The notes: generated from the sequence alone by a model not told the origin. Counted from the first letter of the stretch, positions 1 through 12,586 are shown. The stretch is DNA of 64,000 bases from Octopus sinensis (GCF_006345805.1 NC_042997.1:157976001-158040000); one strand, 5' to 3'. Made by a program: numbers and translations.

Positions 1-442
1 TATAATAGTTATAGCATAAATAATAAAAACGTATATTTTGTACCTATGCATATTTGCATTGGCGTATGAGTGTATATTTATATACCAGACTGAATATATG
101 TCATGGAACTAGAATATCAATCCCATTTGGATGAACTCTCAAGTTATCCTAAAATTTTTGCTACCTTAAGTTAGATAGGTGTATGGAACTACTGTTTGGG
201 TGTGTGTTGTACTAATGTTGCTGGAATGAGTTATCGGTTAGTTTGCGGAAGGCTGTGTATAATAATATAATAGCACCGAGCAAACTGTTAAATATGATTT
301 ATAGTCGCCGCTGAAGTCAAATGAAGTTAGTCATGTATTACAAATTTACACATAGGGCCAGCATGATGAAAGAAACGTAAAGTAGCATGCAAATAACCGG
401 ATATCAAAATTTACCACAGGGGCTGGATTAAACACAAGAAAT

Positions 443-569
443 ATATATGGTCTGGATTTTAGCTGTTCCTTCTAGCGTGCAAGGAATCCTATGACGGATA
501 GCTCTTATGTGTTTAAATGTGAACTGTATTTATATGAATCGCACACACACACACACATTTATATTATTA

Positions 570-637
<68 letters not shown>

Positions 638-1055
638 GGAAAGATTAATTCCAGTGCCGCAGAATGAAACATTCAGATTAAAAATGTTAAATTGAATTGC
701 CCTCAATAATTAATTCATATACATCAAAATATTGTTAGGGATAGATACGTACACAACTTCATCAACTCCAAAAGTTATTATACTCAACCAAGCCATATAA
801 TGTTAAATAATATACTTACTATTTATATTCATAATCCCCAAATTTCAATATTACGGACTACACATGTTTCATGAGGGTACTTATGGTATTGTTAAGACAC
901 AAAGCCTCATTCAAAGTTTCTGAATATAAATAGTAAGTATATTATTTAACATTTTATGGCTTGGTTGAGCCAATATCGTTTGGAGTTGATGAAGTTGTGG
1001 GTGTTTCTATCGCTAACAATATTTATATATATATATAATATATATATATATATAT

Positions 1056-1098
<43 letters not shown>

Positions 1099-1269
1099 CA
1101 TATACATATATATATACACATATATATATGTGTATATATATGTGTGTGTATATACATATATATATATGTATATATGATTCATATAAATACATTTAAACAC
1201 ATAAGAGGTATCCGTCATAGGATTCCTTGCACGCTAGAAGGAACAGCTAAAATCCAAACCACATATATA
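443..1269. repeat. Nested inverted repeats (outer 443-540 / 1176-1269; inner 727-831 / 921-1024), probably PLE terminal (pLTR) fragments
   Basis: GGATTTTAGCTGTTCCTTCTAGCGTGCAAGGAATCCTATGACGGATA near 454-500 is reverse-complemented at about 1209-1255. AAATATTGTTAG...ATTTATATTCA (727-831) is reverse-complemented at 921-1024. Arms are separated by (TAT)n and (TA)n tracts. Confidence 0.85.
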
Positions 1270-1387
1270 GTCTATTGATATTTTTTTACACGCTAGGTCA
1301 CTGGTAGTAAAAAAAAATTTCTAAAATTTTTTATTACCCTGATATTTATTAAATATATATGTGCATATAGATGTGTGATCAACATAT

Positions 1388-1518
1388 TTTCCTCATATAT
1401 CAGGTAATTACATCTGCATTATTATGGATATATTCATCTTCTCTGTGAATAAAATCTTTCCTCATATCTCCGGAAATTACACCTGCATTATTATGGATGG
1501 ATTTACCTTCTCTGAGAA
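1388..1518. repeat. Diverged two-copy tandem repeat, unit about 69 bp
   Basis: TTTCCTCATAT.TC.GG.AATTACA.CTGCATTATTATGGAT..ATT.A.CTTCTCTG.GAA occurs twice in succession. Confidence 0.8.
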
Positions 1519-1680
1519 CCTAACAATCTTTTAAAAAACCTTTTATAAAAATGTGCATCATTAGAAAACATTTTAAGTCTGTCTACAATCTAACTTTGAA
1601 TTTCATAGAACTCTCTTCGATACTCAATCCCTAGGATGTTTGGAAAACTCATATGTGTTTTGGCTGATGAATACGGGACA

Positions 1681-1830
1681 GAGTGGCTGTGTGGTTAGTA
1701 GCTTGCTTACCAATCGGGTTCATTCCCACTGCATGGCACCTTGGCAAGCGTCTTCTACTATAGCCTCGGGCCGACCAAAGCCTTGTGAGTGGATTTTATA
1801 GACGGAAACTGAAAGAAGCCTGTCGTATAT
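1681..1830 (+). mobile_element. tRNA-derived SINE (octopus-type), 5' half
   Basis: A-box-like GTGGCTGTGTGGT and B-box-like GGGTTCATTCCC, then CTATAGCCTCGGGCCGACCAAAGCCTTGTGAGTGGAT...GACGGAAACTGAAAGAAGCC running into (TA)n. The same body recurs at 5122, 5673, 57925 and 63487. Confidence 0.9.
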
Positions 1831-2068
1831 GTATATATATATATATATATATATAATACGATTGCTATAAAAGAAAAGTTTCCAAATTATGGTTGGTAGG
1901 GATATAGAATTTAAGTGGGTATCATAGTTGCATGTATCGGTTATTAATGCTGGCTAACCTCCGTGAGTGTACATAAATCTCCAGTTAGTTTGATTTACTA
2001 ACCTCAGTCTATCTTCACATTTGTAAATCTATATCTTTACAGAGACTGTACGTTTCCAGTGATGGATA

Positions 2069-2080
2069 AGTAGATAGATG

Positions 2081-2137
<57 letters not shown>
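2069..2137. repeat. (GATA)n microsatellite
   Basis: Seen directly. Confidence 0.95.
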
Positions 2138-2138
<1 letters not shown>

Positions 2139-2254
2139 GAGACCAAAAGAAAAGAACAAAACATTTAATTTAGATAGAGAATATAACCACATAGGGTCTC
2201 TTACAGCTGTTTCTAGAATAGCGAAGTATATGGATTTGCCATATCCAATCTCAT

Positions 2255-2360
2255 TGATTTGGTTGAATCGGGGCTATAGTAGAAGACATTTACCCAAAGG
2301 ACTGAACCCATAGCTATGTGGTTGGGAAGAAAAACTTCTTGCCACACAGACACACCCGCT
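2255..2360 (-). mobile_element. Degenerate SINE head, same family as 1681
   Basis: GGGCTATAGTAGAAGACA...GGACTGAACCC...ATGTGGTTGGGAAG...CCACACAG is the reverse complement of the SINE 5' region. Confidence 0.7.
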
Positions 2361-3767
2361 TAGAATTTGCATTCATTGTTTATATCATAAAGGAAACTGA
2401 AGCTGTTTTTTTTTTATTTCTGATTTTTTCAGTAGATGCAAGTGCTATTCCCTTCAAAATGAAAGTTAACATCTCAGATTTAGTAAAATCTATTTGTTTT
2501 TAATCTATTAAATGAAGATAGCTTTTGTCGACTTCAATATATCGATAAGCAAAGGGCAACGTTTACAGTATTTAAGAGAATAGACAGATGTGTGAAATCT
2601 ATTGTAGAATAAACCTCTACGTCGTCAATCTATTCAATGAACCAGTGCACTTTCTTCTGGCATGAGTAAGAATAAAAGTGCCTGCGAATGTAAATATGTC
2701 TGCATATTTATGTAAATCTGTACGTGTGTATGTGTACGTGTATGTGAATGAGATGGAGTGAAAATGTAATAAGAAAAATTAATGCCAAATTCCGTTTGTT
2801 ATTTCAAGAAGAGTGTCTCTCAAGAAGTTACAGAATTTAGACTAATTAAAATCTGTAAGTATTCTTTGTTGTAATAGTTGTTATTTTACATGCTTTTTTT
2901 TCTTCCTTTTTATCGTTCATGTTCATTTTGGTGTTTCTGTAGCTGCTGTTGTTGATGTTGTTATAGATTTTTTTCCTTCATCATTTTAATTCATTCTGCT
3001 TGCTGCCTATCTGCAACTTGCAAATCAATCTTGCAATCTCTGTATTACTATTGAACATATTTACGATACGAGGCATATCACAGTTGCAATAATTTCTTCA
3101 CACTATCCACCCCTTCACGCCACACACACACTCACACATGCACGCGCACACACGCACACGCACACACACACACCGACGGATATAACTTCATATTAACTTA
3201 ATGATATAATATAAAGAAGGTGCAAGAGTTCATTTTTTGACTTTTCTTCATTTTTAATTTTCCAATTCTATTAAAGAAAACCAACCAACCAATCAGCCAA
3301 CCAACCAAACAATGATATAAACAAGGAAATACAAAATAGAAACACAGCAGAAAAATAGTAAAGCTAAAGCACGTTATTATAGATCTGTGCATCCTGATTC
3401 AAGAGAATGGTGTGCAAAAATGTCAAGATGTAAGCGGCAAAACGTACGAAAATGTCAGAAAGAAAGTTCAGATTAAAAATTTGCAAATGTCTTTAGCGTT
3501 GAACTTTCTTAACCGAAGATGGGAAAGTACATATGCGTACACTCTCTCAATGCAATATATACAACAATACTTACACACATACACACACATAGGTACACAC
3601 TCCTATATACACACACATACACAAACGTATATTTTTTCCATAGGTGTATACACACATATGTGCATGTGTGTGTGAGTGATAGGAAAAAGTATATAGGAAA
3701 TGTAACAAGGATATTTCTTCGTGCAAGAGTTTAGCAAAGAGCTCATTGACATAAAAATGATCAAACG

Positions 3768-3805
<38 letters not shown>

Positions 3806-3914
3806 TGTACGCGTGTGCGTATATATATGTGTGTGGTTATATATATGTGTATATGTGTATATATATATGCTTATATACACATATAGATATCCATATATAT
3901 CCACATAGACATAT

Positions 3915-4300
3915 ATAGTCGTCCTCAAAATTATTCATACCCTTGTTAATTTTTGTGATTTGTTTTATTTTAGTGATGAAATGAATGCATTTTGCAACAA
4001 TATGAAGTGTCGGACTATTATCATGAATAATCTAACTGGAAATAAACATGAAGTTTGAATGTTCAAATTCTTCATTCTCCTCATTATCAATATTGTTTGG
4101 AAATACTATAGAAAGTACCTTTTTAAAAAGTATATGTCTGAATTACCAAGAAATGATATCTTCAATAAGCTGGGTTGCGTTGTCTACACACATGACAGAA
4201 ACATTGGGTCCGAATACTCTTACAGGGAGTTTTGATATCCAATACTCACATAGTATTTTTGGGTGTGTAGTTTGTACCAAACTGGCAAGGTGCCTTAATT
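3915..4300 (-). mobile_element. Decayed Tc1-like transposon remnant
   Basis: TATAGTCGTCCTCAAAATTATTCATACCCTTG resembles a Tc1 terminus (CAGT...AAAAGTATTCATACCC). The minus strand gives frameshifted VFGPNV/CHVCRQRNPAY, similar to Tc1 LFG.N..HVWR...AY. Confidence 0.4.
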
Positions 4301-4326
4301 TAAGTACCTAATTCTATTGAATCTTA

Positions 4327-4363
<37 letters not shown>

Positions 4364-5121
4364 TACTTTAATGCTATGCATAAATCTTTGCTGATATTTC
4401 GGGTTGAAATTTATACTCGGGAATTTATACCTAGAATTATAATGAAAGAACAACAATAGGGGTTTGATGTTAAATCTGCCATCCAGTCATAATATTTTCC
4501 CAGTAGGTGGCTTTCGTGATATCGAATATCTGATCAGATTCTGACCCAAAGGATACCAGATATTAGGCGACATACCATTCATACTGATTCATGTGTCCAG
4601 GATTTATGATAGATTTCTTTGAACTAAGTGTTTTCGTCCACTCTTGGTTTTTTCTTTCTTCCCTTCTCGTTCTCAAATGCGGCAGTGCAGTGATCACCCA
4701 TTTGTTTCTCTCACCCTCTTGTCTTCATTTTTTACTTACACTAATGCGCTGATGTTGTATGGTTATTCTTCTCTGTTACAATTTTTTCCAAATATCATCA
4801 GTCTTTTGGTCTTTGATATTCTACCCTATTTTTTCTATTTCTCTGTCCTCTATTCATTAGATGCATTCATAATATTAGCACCACGAAGGCAGAATTAATA
4901 TAAAATTCATCTCGGCTAATTATTATTGCTCGTTTATCTAACTAATCATCTTCCTGGTACTTACTTTATTAAGTTGGAACAATAATCAGTAGCATCGATA
5001 CCGGTGTGAGGTCTAAAAGGAAAAGGAACATAATTTAATACTGTTTTACTGCCTAATTGGTTCTCCAGCGATTCTGTCATATATATATAGACATATATAT
5101 ATAATGTATATATATATATAT

Positions 5122-5490
5122 ACTCTTTTACTCTTTACTCTTTTACTCTTTTACTTGTTTCAGTCATTTGATTGCGGCCATGCTGGAGCACCGCCTTTTA
5201 GTCGAGCACATCGACCCCGGGACTTATTCTTCGTAAGCCCAGTACTTATTCTATTGGTCTCTTTTGCCGAACCGCTAGGTGACGGCGACGTAAACACACC
5301 AGCATCGGTTGTCAAGCAATGCTACGGGGACAAACACAGACACACAAACACACACACACACACACACACATATATACATATATATATATATTATATATAT
5401 ATATATATACATATATACGACGGGCTTCTTTCAGTTTCCGTCTACCAAATCCACTCACAAGGCTTTGGTCGGCCCGAGGCTAAAGTAGAA
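5122..5490 (-). mobile_element. tRNA-derived SINE, 5'-truncated, with internal (TA)/(CA) tract and (TTTTACTC)n tail
   Basis: CTTGTTTCAGTCATTTGATTGCGGCCATGCTGGAGCACCGCC...ACGGGCTTCTTTCAGTTTCCGTCTACCAAATCCACTCACAAGGCTTTGGTCGGCCCGAGGCT. Confidence 0.92.
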
Positions 5491-5608
5491 TGTATAAATG
5501 TGAGCGTGTGTGTATTTTTCATTTTTATTTTATGTATATATACAAACATACATATATATGTGTTTTTAGATGTATATATATATATATATTATATATATAT
5601 ATGTATAT

Positions 5609-5653
<45 letters not shown>

Positions 5654-5672
5654 TTACATAATGTATATATAT

Positions 5673-5930
5673 ACTCTTTTACTCCTTACTCTTTTACTCT
5701 TTTACTTGTTTCAGTCATTTGACTGCGGCCATGCTGGAGCACCGCCTTTTAGTTGAGCACATCGACCCCGGGATTTATTCTTCGTAAGCCCAGTACTTAT
5801 TCTATTGGTCTCTTTTGCCGAACCGCTAGGTGACGGCGACGTAAACACACCAGCATCGGTTGTCAAGCAATGCTAGGGGGCAAACACAGACACACAAACA
5901 CACACACACACACACACACACAACACACAC

Positions 5931-5980
<50 letters not shown>

Positions 5981-6067
5981 TATATACATATATACGACGG
6001 GCTTCTTTCAGTTTCCGTCTACCAAATCCACTCACAAGGCTTTGGTCGGCCCAAGGTTATAGTAGAA
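5673..6067 (-). mobile_element. Second copy of the same SINE (tandem duplicate)
   Basis: Near-identical to 5122-5490, with the same truncation point and flank. Confidence 0.92.
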
Positions 6068-6153
6068 TGTATATATGTGAGCGTGTGTGTATTTTTCATT
6101 TTTATTTTATGTATATATACAAAAATACATATATATGTATATATATATATATG

Positions 6154-6190
<37 letters not shown>

Positions 6191-6374
6191 TTACATACGA
6201 TCATGTCTATTGACACACGCATACACATACGTGCACATATATAAACATACACCATATGTGTGTGTGTGTGTCTCCCTCTATATATACATACACACACACA
6301 TACAAATATAGTATTATTGGACGCTCAGGAAGGAAGGGAAGAAGGAGGGTTTAACGTTTCGAGCATTAAGAAAA

Positions 6375-6551
6375 TACAGGGGGAATCAGTTAATCATGAT
6401 TTTACTTAACATATTACCCTCTCAGACTCACACTCTTATTGCAGTGGTCTTTTAGTTATTCTAAGCCACGAAAAAGAACTCGGAAGGTTGCGCTCCCAAC
6501 CAGGCCTTTCGTGATATCTTTAAAGCCGGGAACTTTTCAGCACTCCTCGTA
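6375..6551. mobile_element. Short mariner-derived (MITE-like) remnant
   Basis: Ends in AACTTTTCAGCACTCCTCG-TA, a mariner-type TIR plus TA. The minus strand gives CVSLRG*YVK*, like the mariner C-terminus C...GxYVEK. Confidence 0.45.
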
Positions 6552-7003
6552 TGCATACGTACGTCTATTTATGTGTTTGTGTGTCCATATGCTAATTACT
6601 TATGTGTACACTATTTAGTATGTAAGCTGTAAGTTATACAAAGTCGAAATTCAAATGCAACCATTATCGATTTTAGCATTCACATTATATGTATCAATGA
6701 AGCAATAACCAGCAATTCATTGCACCAATTCAATCGTATGTATTCCCTCCTCTCTAGAAATTGGCCTTGTCATTAGAGAAAAATTAATTACCGCAAAGCA
6801 GTTATTATTTTTATCACGTAATTATGACAAACGATAGAAGTACTGCGATAAAAATTCAACTGATTATAATGAGTCAACAACTAACTGGAACTTGGAATGC
6901 AACAGATTGTCTGTACAGTAAACAGCTGTTTGATATAGCTTCTCTTTTAAATTGCTTACATATTTACTAATATATGTATTATGTGAGTGAGTGTGTGTGT
7001 GTC

Positions 7004-7276
7004 TGGAGGCGCAATGACCCAGTGGTTAGGGCAGCGGACTCGCGGTTTCGATTCCCAGACCGGGCGTTGTGTGTGTTTATTGAGCGAAAACACTTGAAAC
7101 TCCACGAGGCTCCGGCAGGGGGTTGTGGCGATCCCTGTTGTACTTTTTCGCCCAAACTTTCTTCCTGTTTGAGTAACGCTGCGATGGACTGGCGTCCGTC
7201 CAGCTTCGGAGGAACACATACGCCATAGAAACCGGGAAATCGTGGTCCATTAGCCTGGCTAGGCTTGAAGAACGCA
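7004..7276 (+). mobile_element. tRNA-derived SINE with a Meta/V-domain-like central segment
   Basis: Head GGAGGCGCAATGACCCAGTGGTTAGGGCAGCGGACTCGCGGTTTCGATTCCC (A/B boxes). Central CTGCGATGGACTGGCGTCCGTCCAG...CCATAGAAACCGGGAAA resembles conserved metazoan SINE domains. Flanked by (TG)n and (TA)n. Confidence 0.8.
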
Positions 7277-7279
7277 TAT

Positions 7280-7335
<56 letters not shown>

Positions 7336-8028
7336 TATATACAGTGTATCTGAATTTCCGAAGACTTAGCCCTTTATTTGAAAATAGTTATTTACGAAGA
7401 CCATCAGTAATTACTATACAATTAACTTGGAGGCAACTGTATTATTTAGATGGGCATTAATTGCATTAAGATTCAAGTATAAATCGAATAATTGATAATA
7501 GCAGTCATCTGCAACTAAATAGGTCTTCTATAGTTATTACCAATTCCAGGCAATTAAATAAATTTAGATAGCAACTGACTCAAGTTAGATAAGTATAAAT
7601 ACGATAAATGCTCAGTGAGCATGCCCAAACAACTGAAAATTAACACAGTAAGAGCTAACAGCGAAATCGTAGGAGTAGAATTAGAGAGAAAAAAAAAACA
7701 ACCAAGCAAGCGAGTTGATGTGCCGCACAGAAATAAACTAAAACCGGGTTTGAGGAGATGTTGGTTCGTTGGATTCCTCGATTGTTCCTAGAAGTTTTCC
7801 TATTTAAGGAAGGTTGCATCAAAATCATCATCATCATCGTCATCGTCAAAATAATAATCATCATCATCATCATCTTTTTTTCATACCGTATCTACTTGCA
7901 TTCATTACTTTTATTAGTATTGTATATCTTGTATACCATTTTTTGAAAGTCATCCTATTAAATGTTAAAACCCACACTGTGTCTTAGTATCGTCGCCGTT
8001 ATTGCTGCCCTTGTGGCAAATAAAAGAA

Positions 8029-8085
8029 ATCATCATCATCATCATCATCATTGTCATCATCATCGTAGTCGTCGTCGTCGTAGTC

Positions 8086-8137
<52 letters not shown>

Positions 8138-8154
8138 CCATCATCATCATCATC

Positions 8155-8201
<47 letters not shown>

Positions 8202-8213
8202 GTCGTCATCATC
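8029..8213. repeat. (CAT)n/(CGT)n trinucleotide microsatellite
   Basis: Seen directly; explains the poly-His/Ile/Ser/Met ORFs. Confidence 0.95.
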
Positions 8214-11200
8214 GTTTCTTGATTTGGCAAGAAATCTTTTTCGTGCTCCTGACTATGGATAACATCTGTCGAATTTCACAAAAATTGGATTATAATTATA
8301 ATTTGTCTTATTGAACGGAATTATTACTCTTTCCTTTCTGTCATATTCATATATAAAAGAAATTTTGAAAATATTTCGCTTTCCGTTTGTTGATAGAATC
8401 AGTAGAAAGTACTGAAACCAGCAAGGAATAAATATAATTTAATTAATACAGGAGTTACACGTGAGCTACTCCAAGTAGTTTCATATTCGGATAGTGCAGT
8501 AATCGAACGGGCCTGTATAGCTACCGTGCACAATAAAGTACCTATCCAGGCTCGGATAAAATGAATACTCTGTGAGGATATGCAAGAAAAAAATTCATCC
8601 ATCCATCCACACAGATATATATGTATGTACACACACACGCACACACATGCACACACATACATACCCACACATATGTCTGTTCATGGTTGAGATATACATT
8701 TATTTTTGGTAAATGGTGCCTGGAACATTAAAATGTTGAGAAATATTGGTTAAGAGTAATCAAAATTATCCAAGACTAGTTATAACCATACTTTAACGTT
8801 ACAGATTTAGTTGCTTAACAACTAATGTCCGAACGACAAGGTATGAAACATAATTCTATAATTCCCTCTCAGTTACAAATTATAGTCTATTTCAAACTAT
8901 CATATCTTGTTTGTCAGAACCTACATTACTATATTTATATTTTACCTCCTCTAGAGATTTTGAAAGCAAATGATCATTATAGAACAGGATATGTTTATAC
9001 ATCCCGTGTGGTTTTTGCCCGTCTAGAAATATTGGTTTCATTGCTATGGATTATTTGATTTTCTCAAGTGTGCTGAAATAGGAAACAGATCTTAAGGTAT
9101 GAGTTTAGTTACATCTATATCCAACAAATGAAACTACAATTGCTATATGTATAAAGCCTTGCTCGATATCGATTATGAAACTCAAATCCCAAAGACCGTC
9201 AAAAAGATAACAGATGCAATTATGCTAAATTTAGAAACAAAATATAAATCTTACAAGAACAATACTATATAATGATTTTTGCAAAAAATAGATTATGTTT
9301 TATTTTTAATGTTCTAGCGCAGCATGCGTCGTTGCTTTGTTTGTTGTCTATCCCCATCTTAGATCTTGTTTCCTTTCTTATATGTCAATAATATACGTTT
9401 AACTAACAAGTGACGAATGTTAATAGTCAAGCGGGTAATGCATTGGGCTCTAAAGAAATGTAGTAGTTCACATATAAGGTCAATATAAGCCAAAGATGAT
9501 CTACTGACATAGATACATAGCAAAAAAGAACAGGTGATTAAAACAAGAGTCATTGTTGCTTAGTCTTATATCTACTATGATTTTCTATTAAGATCGAGCA
9601 GACTCATGCTCAGATAGATTCAAACCATGGTCATCCCTTTGTTTCGGGATATGTTAATGACTACATTATTCAATATACTTTTTTAACTCATCGAAATCAG
9701 CCGGGAGATATTTCATGAGATCACGTTGGTATATATAATTGTAGGATGAACAACCTCATAAAGGAACTTTGCTGTGGAGAAGGGATAGAACTGTCATTGA
9801 ACGATGGTCGAAATATAAAAGTGCTTCATCGTTTATACATCAAAATTTACCAGAAGCAACAATTAAAGTTGGTGGATTACATTACTGAAGTGGAACCCTA
9901 TTACAGGGGATTAACTTACTATTTTATTATTGAGCTATTGATTGAATCGTGAGTGAATTTACTGCCAAACAGTAGTTAGGCATCCTCACATGGATATATA
10001 TAAGCTTGCTTGTCAGGTAAGTAATACGCAGTATTTACTGGTCATATAACCACTAGATAATCTTATCAGATGTGGGTCTGAATAAACGATAATCGATCAT
10101 TACTATTGCACCTATATAATTCTTTCCGTAAATTAATCAATGACAGGTTTCGTAAATTAAAAACCCTACACGTTATGGACACACATTTATTAAAATCACA
10201 ATTCGAGTAATATTTTTTATGTAATTATCCATGTACATTTTCGTCATTCAGTTTAATATTGGTTAAACGATTTAAAAAAACGGTTTCTTTTTTGAGTTAA
10301 TCGCAGATAAATCTAAACAAGGGATATTTCTGAATGAATAAACCATCAATCATGGCATATCTTCTTTTAAAGCCCACTCGTTGTGTCTCCTCGTCAAAGG
10401 CAGAGCGGAGAAATGATTCTATCAAGTATTTGCGGTTCTAGTTCATAATTATTTGTTGATGCATGCTGATATCTGCCAACCGATAATAAATCGTCATACG
10501 AGAAAGTTTTATTTTAAAGATTGATGCATTCACTCGAATAAACAACCAAAGGGTTATCTGAATGAAGTCGTGTTATGGATTAATGTTGCAGTCAATAAAT
10601 ATAATTACATGTGTATCAGATTCTATGCAATTTTCTTTAAAAGTTATTCGTGCAGTTTTCGCTTATAAAATAACAGAAATAATCAAATTTTTCCCGTATA
10701 TATTTCTCTGTACCTTTGTGCGCAGTGAACAGCGGGAATCAAAACGATAACTTGCACATTCATTATAAATACTTTCCAGAAGATTAGGATGTGAATATAC
10801 AAAGCCCTCTTGTGTTCATCAATTTCATTTGTTACTGATATACTCTTGTGTTACATAAGAGAACGCGCTCATAGGAAATACTATCTCCAGTCAAAAACCG
10901 CAGTTAACTTGGCTTTCTGCGGTGTATCTGCATTAAATATGGTTCACAGGTTGTTAATATGTTAATTTAAAGCTTCTGATGCAATTAAGTTTTTCTTCAA
11001 CTGTTCGGCTAATTGCAGCATCAGTGAAATTTCAGTCACTGCATGCATATATCAGTGGCAACGGAGCTCGTATTGGCATGCATTTACTAGCGGATATGTA
11101 CCCCTGACAAAGCACCGAAATGCAGAAATGTGCATCTAGCATTCCTCTCATCGCTGCTAGTCGATTTGCTCTGCTATTTATTTTTGAGTTAATTAAAAGA

Positions 11201-11241
11201 GTACCTCCATAAGAGTTATTATCTCCGGACGATACGAATGA

Positions 11242-11292
11242 ACTGGCCTAATTGATAATGGCTACGGAAGGAGCCGAAACTGTCTGGTCAGT
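11242..11292 (+). ncRNA. Degenerate type-I hammerhead ribozyme motif
   Basis: ACTGGCC..a TTGATAA t GGCT acggaagg AGCC GAAA ct GTC t GGTCAGT. Helices I and II pair, but the CUGAUGA core carries two transitions. Confidence 0.4.
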
Positions 11293-11401
11293 CTAAAGAA
11301 TTCTCGGTTTGATTGTTGAGGCAATTGCAGTCCTTAGCAGAGTATATGTTATGTGCGCCATAACAGCATTTATACATTTTGGCTCCTATTTCTTGCAATG
11401 C

Positions 11402-11636
11402 TGGTGTTAGTTCAGGTTTGTATTTTTGGATGAAATATGTCTCTTTATTGAGTCGGGCTTGTGTAGAAGTTCAGTCAGCAAATTTATATAGAGGCAAAGT
11501 AGTGAATTTAGGTTGTATTTGTTTCGCACATACGTCGATATGGTCGCTGAGATAAATTTGGCGGTACTGTGGTGAAGCTATCTGTTGACGATCCATCGTA
11601 GAACGTTGACAAATAGAATACCCCGTGCTACCGATA
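11402..11636 (-). pseudogene. Inverted duplicate of a PLE GIY-YIG endonuclease segment
   Basis: Reverse complement aligns to 11726-11952 (TATCGGTAGCACGGGG...CAAAAATACAAACCTGAACTAA). Confidence 0.85.
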
Positions 11637-11963
11637 GGTCAACACTTTACAATTAAATCAAATTTCACTTGTGCATCTGTAAATCTGATCTACGTAACCA
11701 ATTGCTCGGGTTGCCAGAAAGACTATATCGGTAGCACGGGGAATTCTATCCGTCAACGTTGTACGGTGCATTATCAACAGACAGCCTCACCACAATATGC
11801 CAAATTTATCTTAGTGAACATATTGACGAAACAAATACAACCTAAATTCACTATTTCCCCTCTATATAAATTTTCTGACTGGACTTCTACTCAAGCGCGA
11901 CTCAATAAAGAGACATATTTCATCCAAAAATACAAACCTGAACTAAACACCAATTCATTCTAA
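11637..11963 (+). pseudogene. PLE GIY-YIG endonuclease domain (fragment)
   Basis: FTCASVNLIYVTNCSGCQKDYIGSTGNSIRQRCTVH...RLNKETYFIQKYKPELN: LIY/YIG motifs with CxxC, conserved R, H, E and terminal LN. Confidence 0.9.
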
Positions 11964-12300
11964 TTGTTTTACTAATTGTCACTTAATCACTTGACTCCTG
12001 GACACCCATTCATATTCAAACTTGAGTCATGAGAGGTCCGACATGACTCTTATGGAGAATGTATTCATACCTTGACAATTGCTTTATCGTTCATTTTCAT
12101 ATTCTATTGGACTGATTTATTTTATTCAATTATGGAATTTCAATGTATACAAAAAGTTATATATGTATGCCACCCACGATTTTTAGGTATAAATTACTGT
12201 TCATACTTATGTGTCTGCATATATAATATATATATTATATATATATATATATATATTGTGAATATATATATATGTATATATATGTATATATATATGTATA

Positions 12301-12365
<65 letters not shown>

Positions 12366-12543
12366 ATAATAAATATTAGGGAATAAATCCAAATTTACAG
12401 GGAAAAAATCAGATTTAGGATTAAATCGATTTTATAGTAAAATATTATAAAATATTATTAGAGACAAAACCACTATTTTGCAAAACAAACAAGGAAAGAC
12501 TTAATCAATACATAAAATTTTAATAAATAGTAAAAAAAAACCG

Positions 12544-12586
12544 CCACTACAATCGTTTCTTGTCTTGATCGACAATCTTCAGGTGG
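12544..12586 (-). ncRNA. Minimal type-I hammerhead ribozyme (intact core)
   Basis: Minus strand: CCAC CUGAAGA UUGUC gaucaa GACAA GAAA C gauu G UA GUGG. Helix I CCAC/GUGG, helix II 5 bp, GUA cleavage triplet. Confidence 0.85.

Noticed and set aside
2809-2854. Possible 46-nt exon (KSVSQEVTEFRLIKI) before GTAAGT
   Set aside because: Weak acceptor and no linked exon; expected by chance in 64 kb.
7004-7060. tRNA-like sequences here and at 1681, 27010-27092 and 57925
   Set aside because: They are SINE heads with A/B boxes but no complete cloverleaf, and are followed by SINE bodies.
7962-8222. Signal-peptide-like start followed by poly-His (a metal-binding or beak-protein look-alike)
   Set aside because: It comes from a (CAT)n tract open in several frames; the frame slips to poly-Ile, and there is no other support.
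11101-11140. CTGACAA..GCA ccgaaa TGC..GAAA tgtgca TC hammerhead-like string
   Set aside because: The core is mutated and helix I does not pair; too degraded to call.
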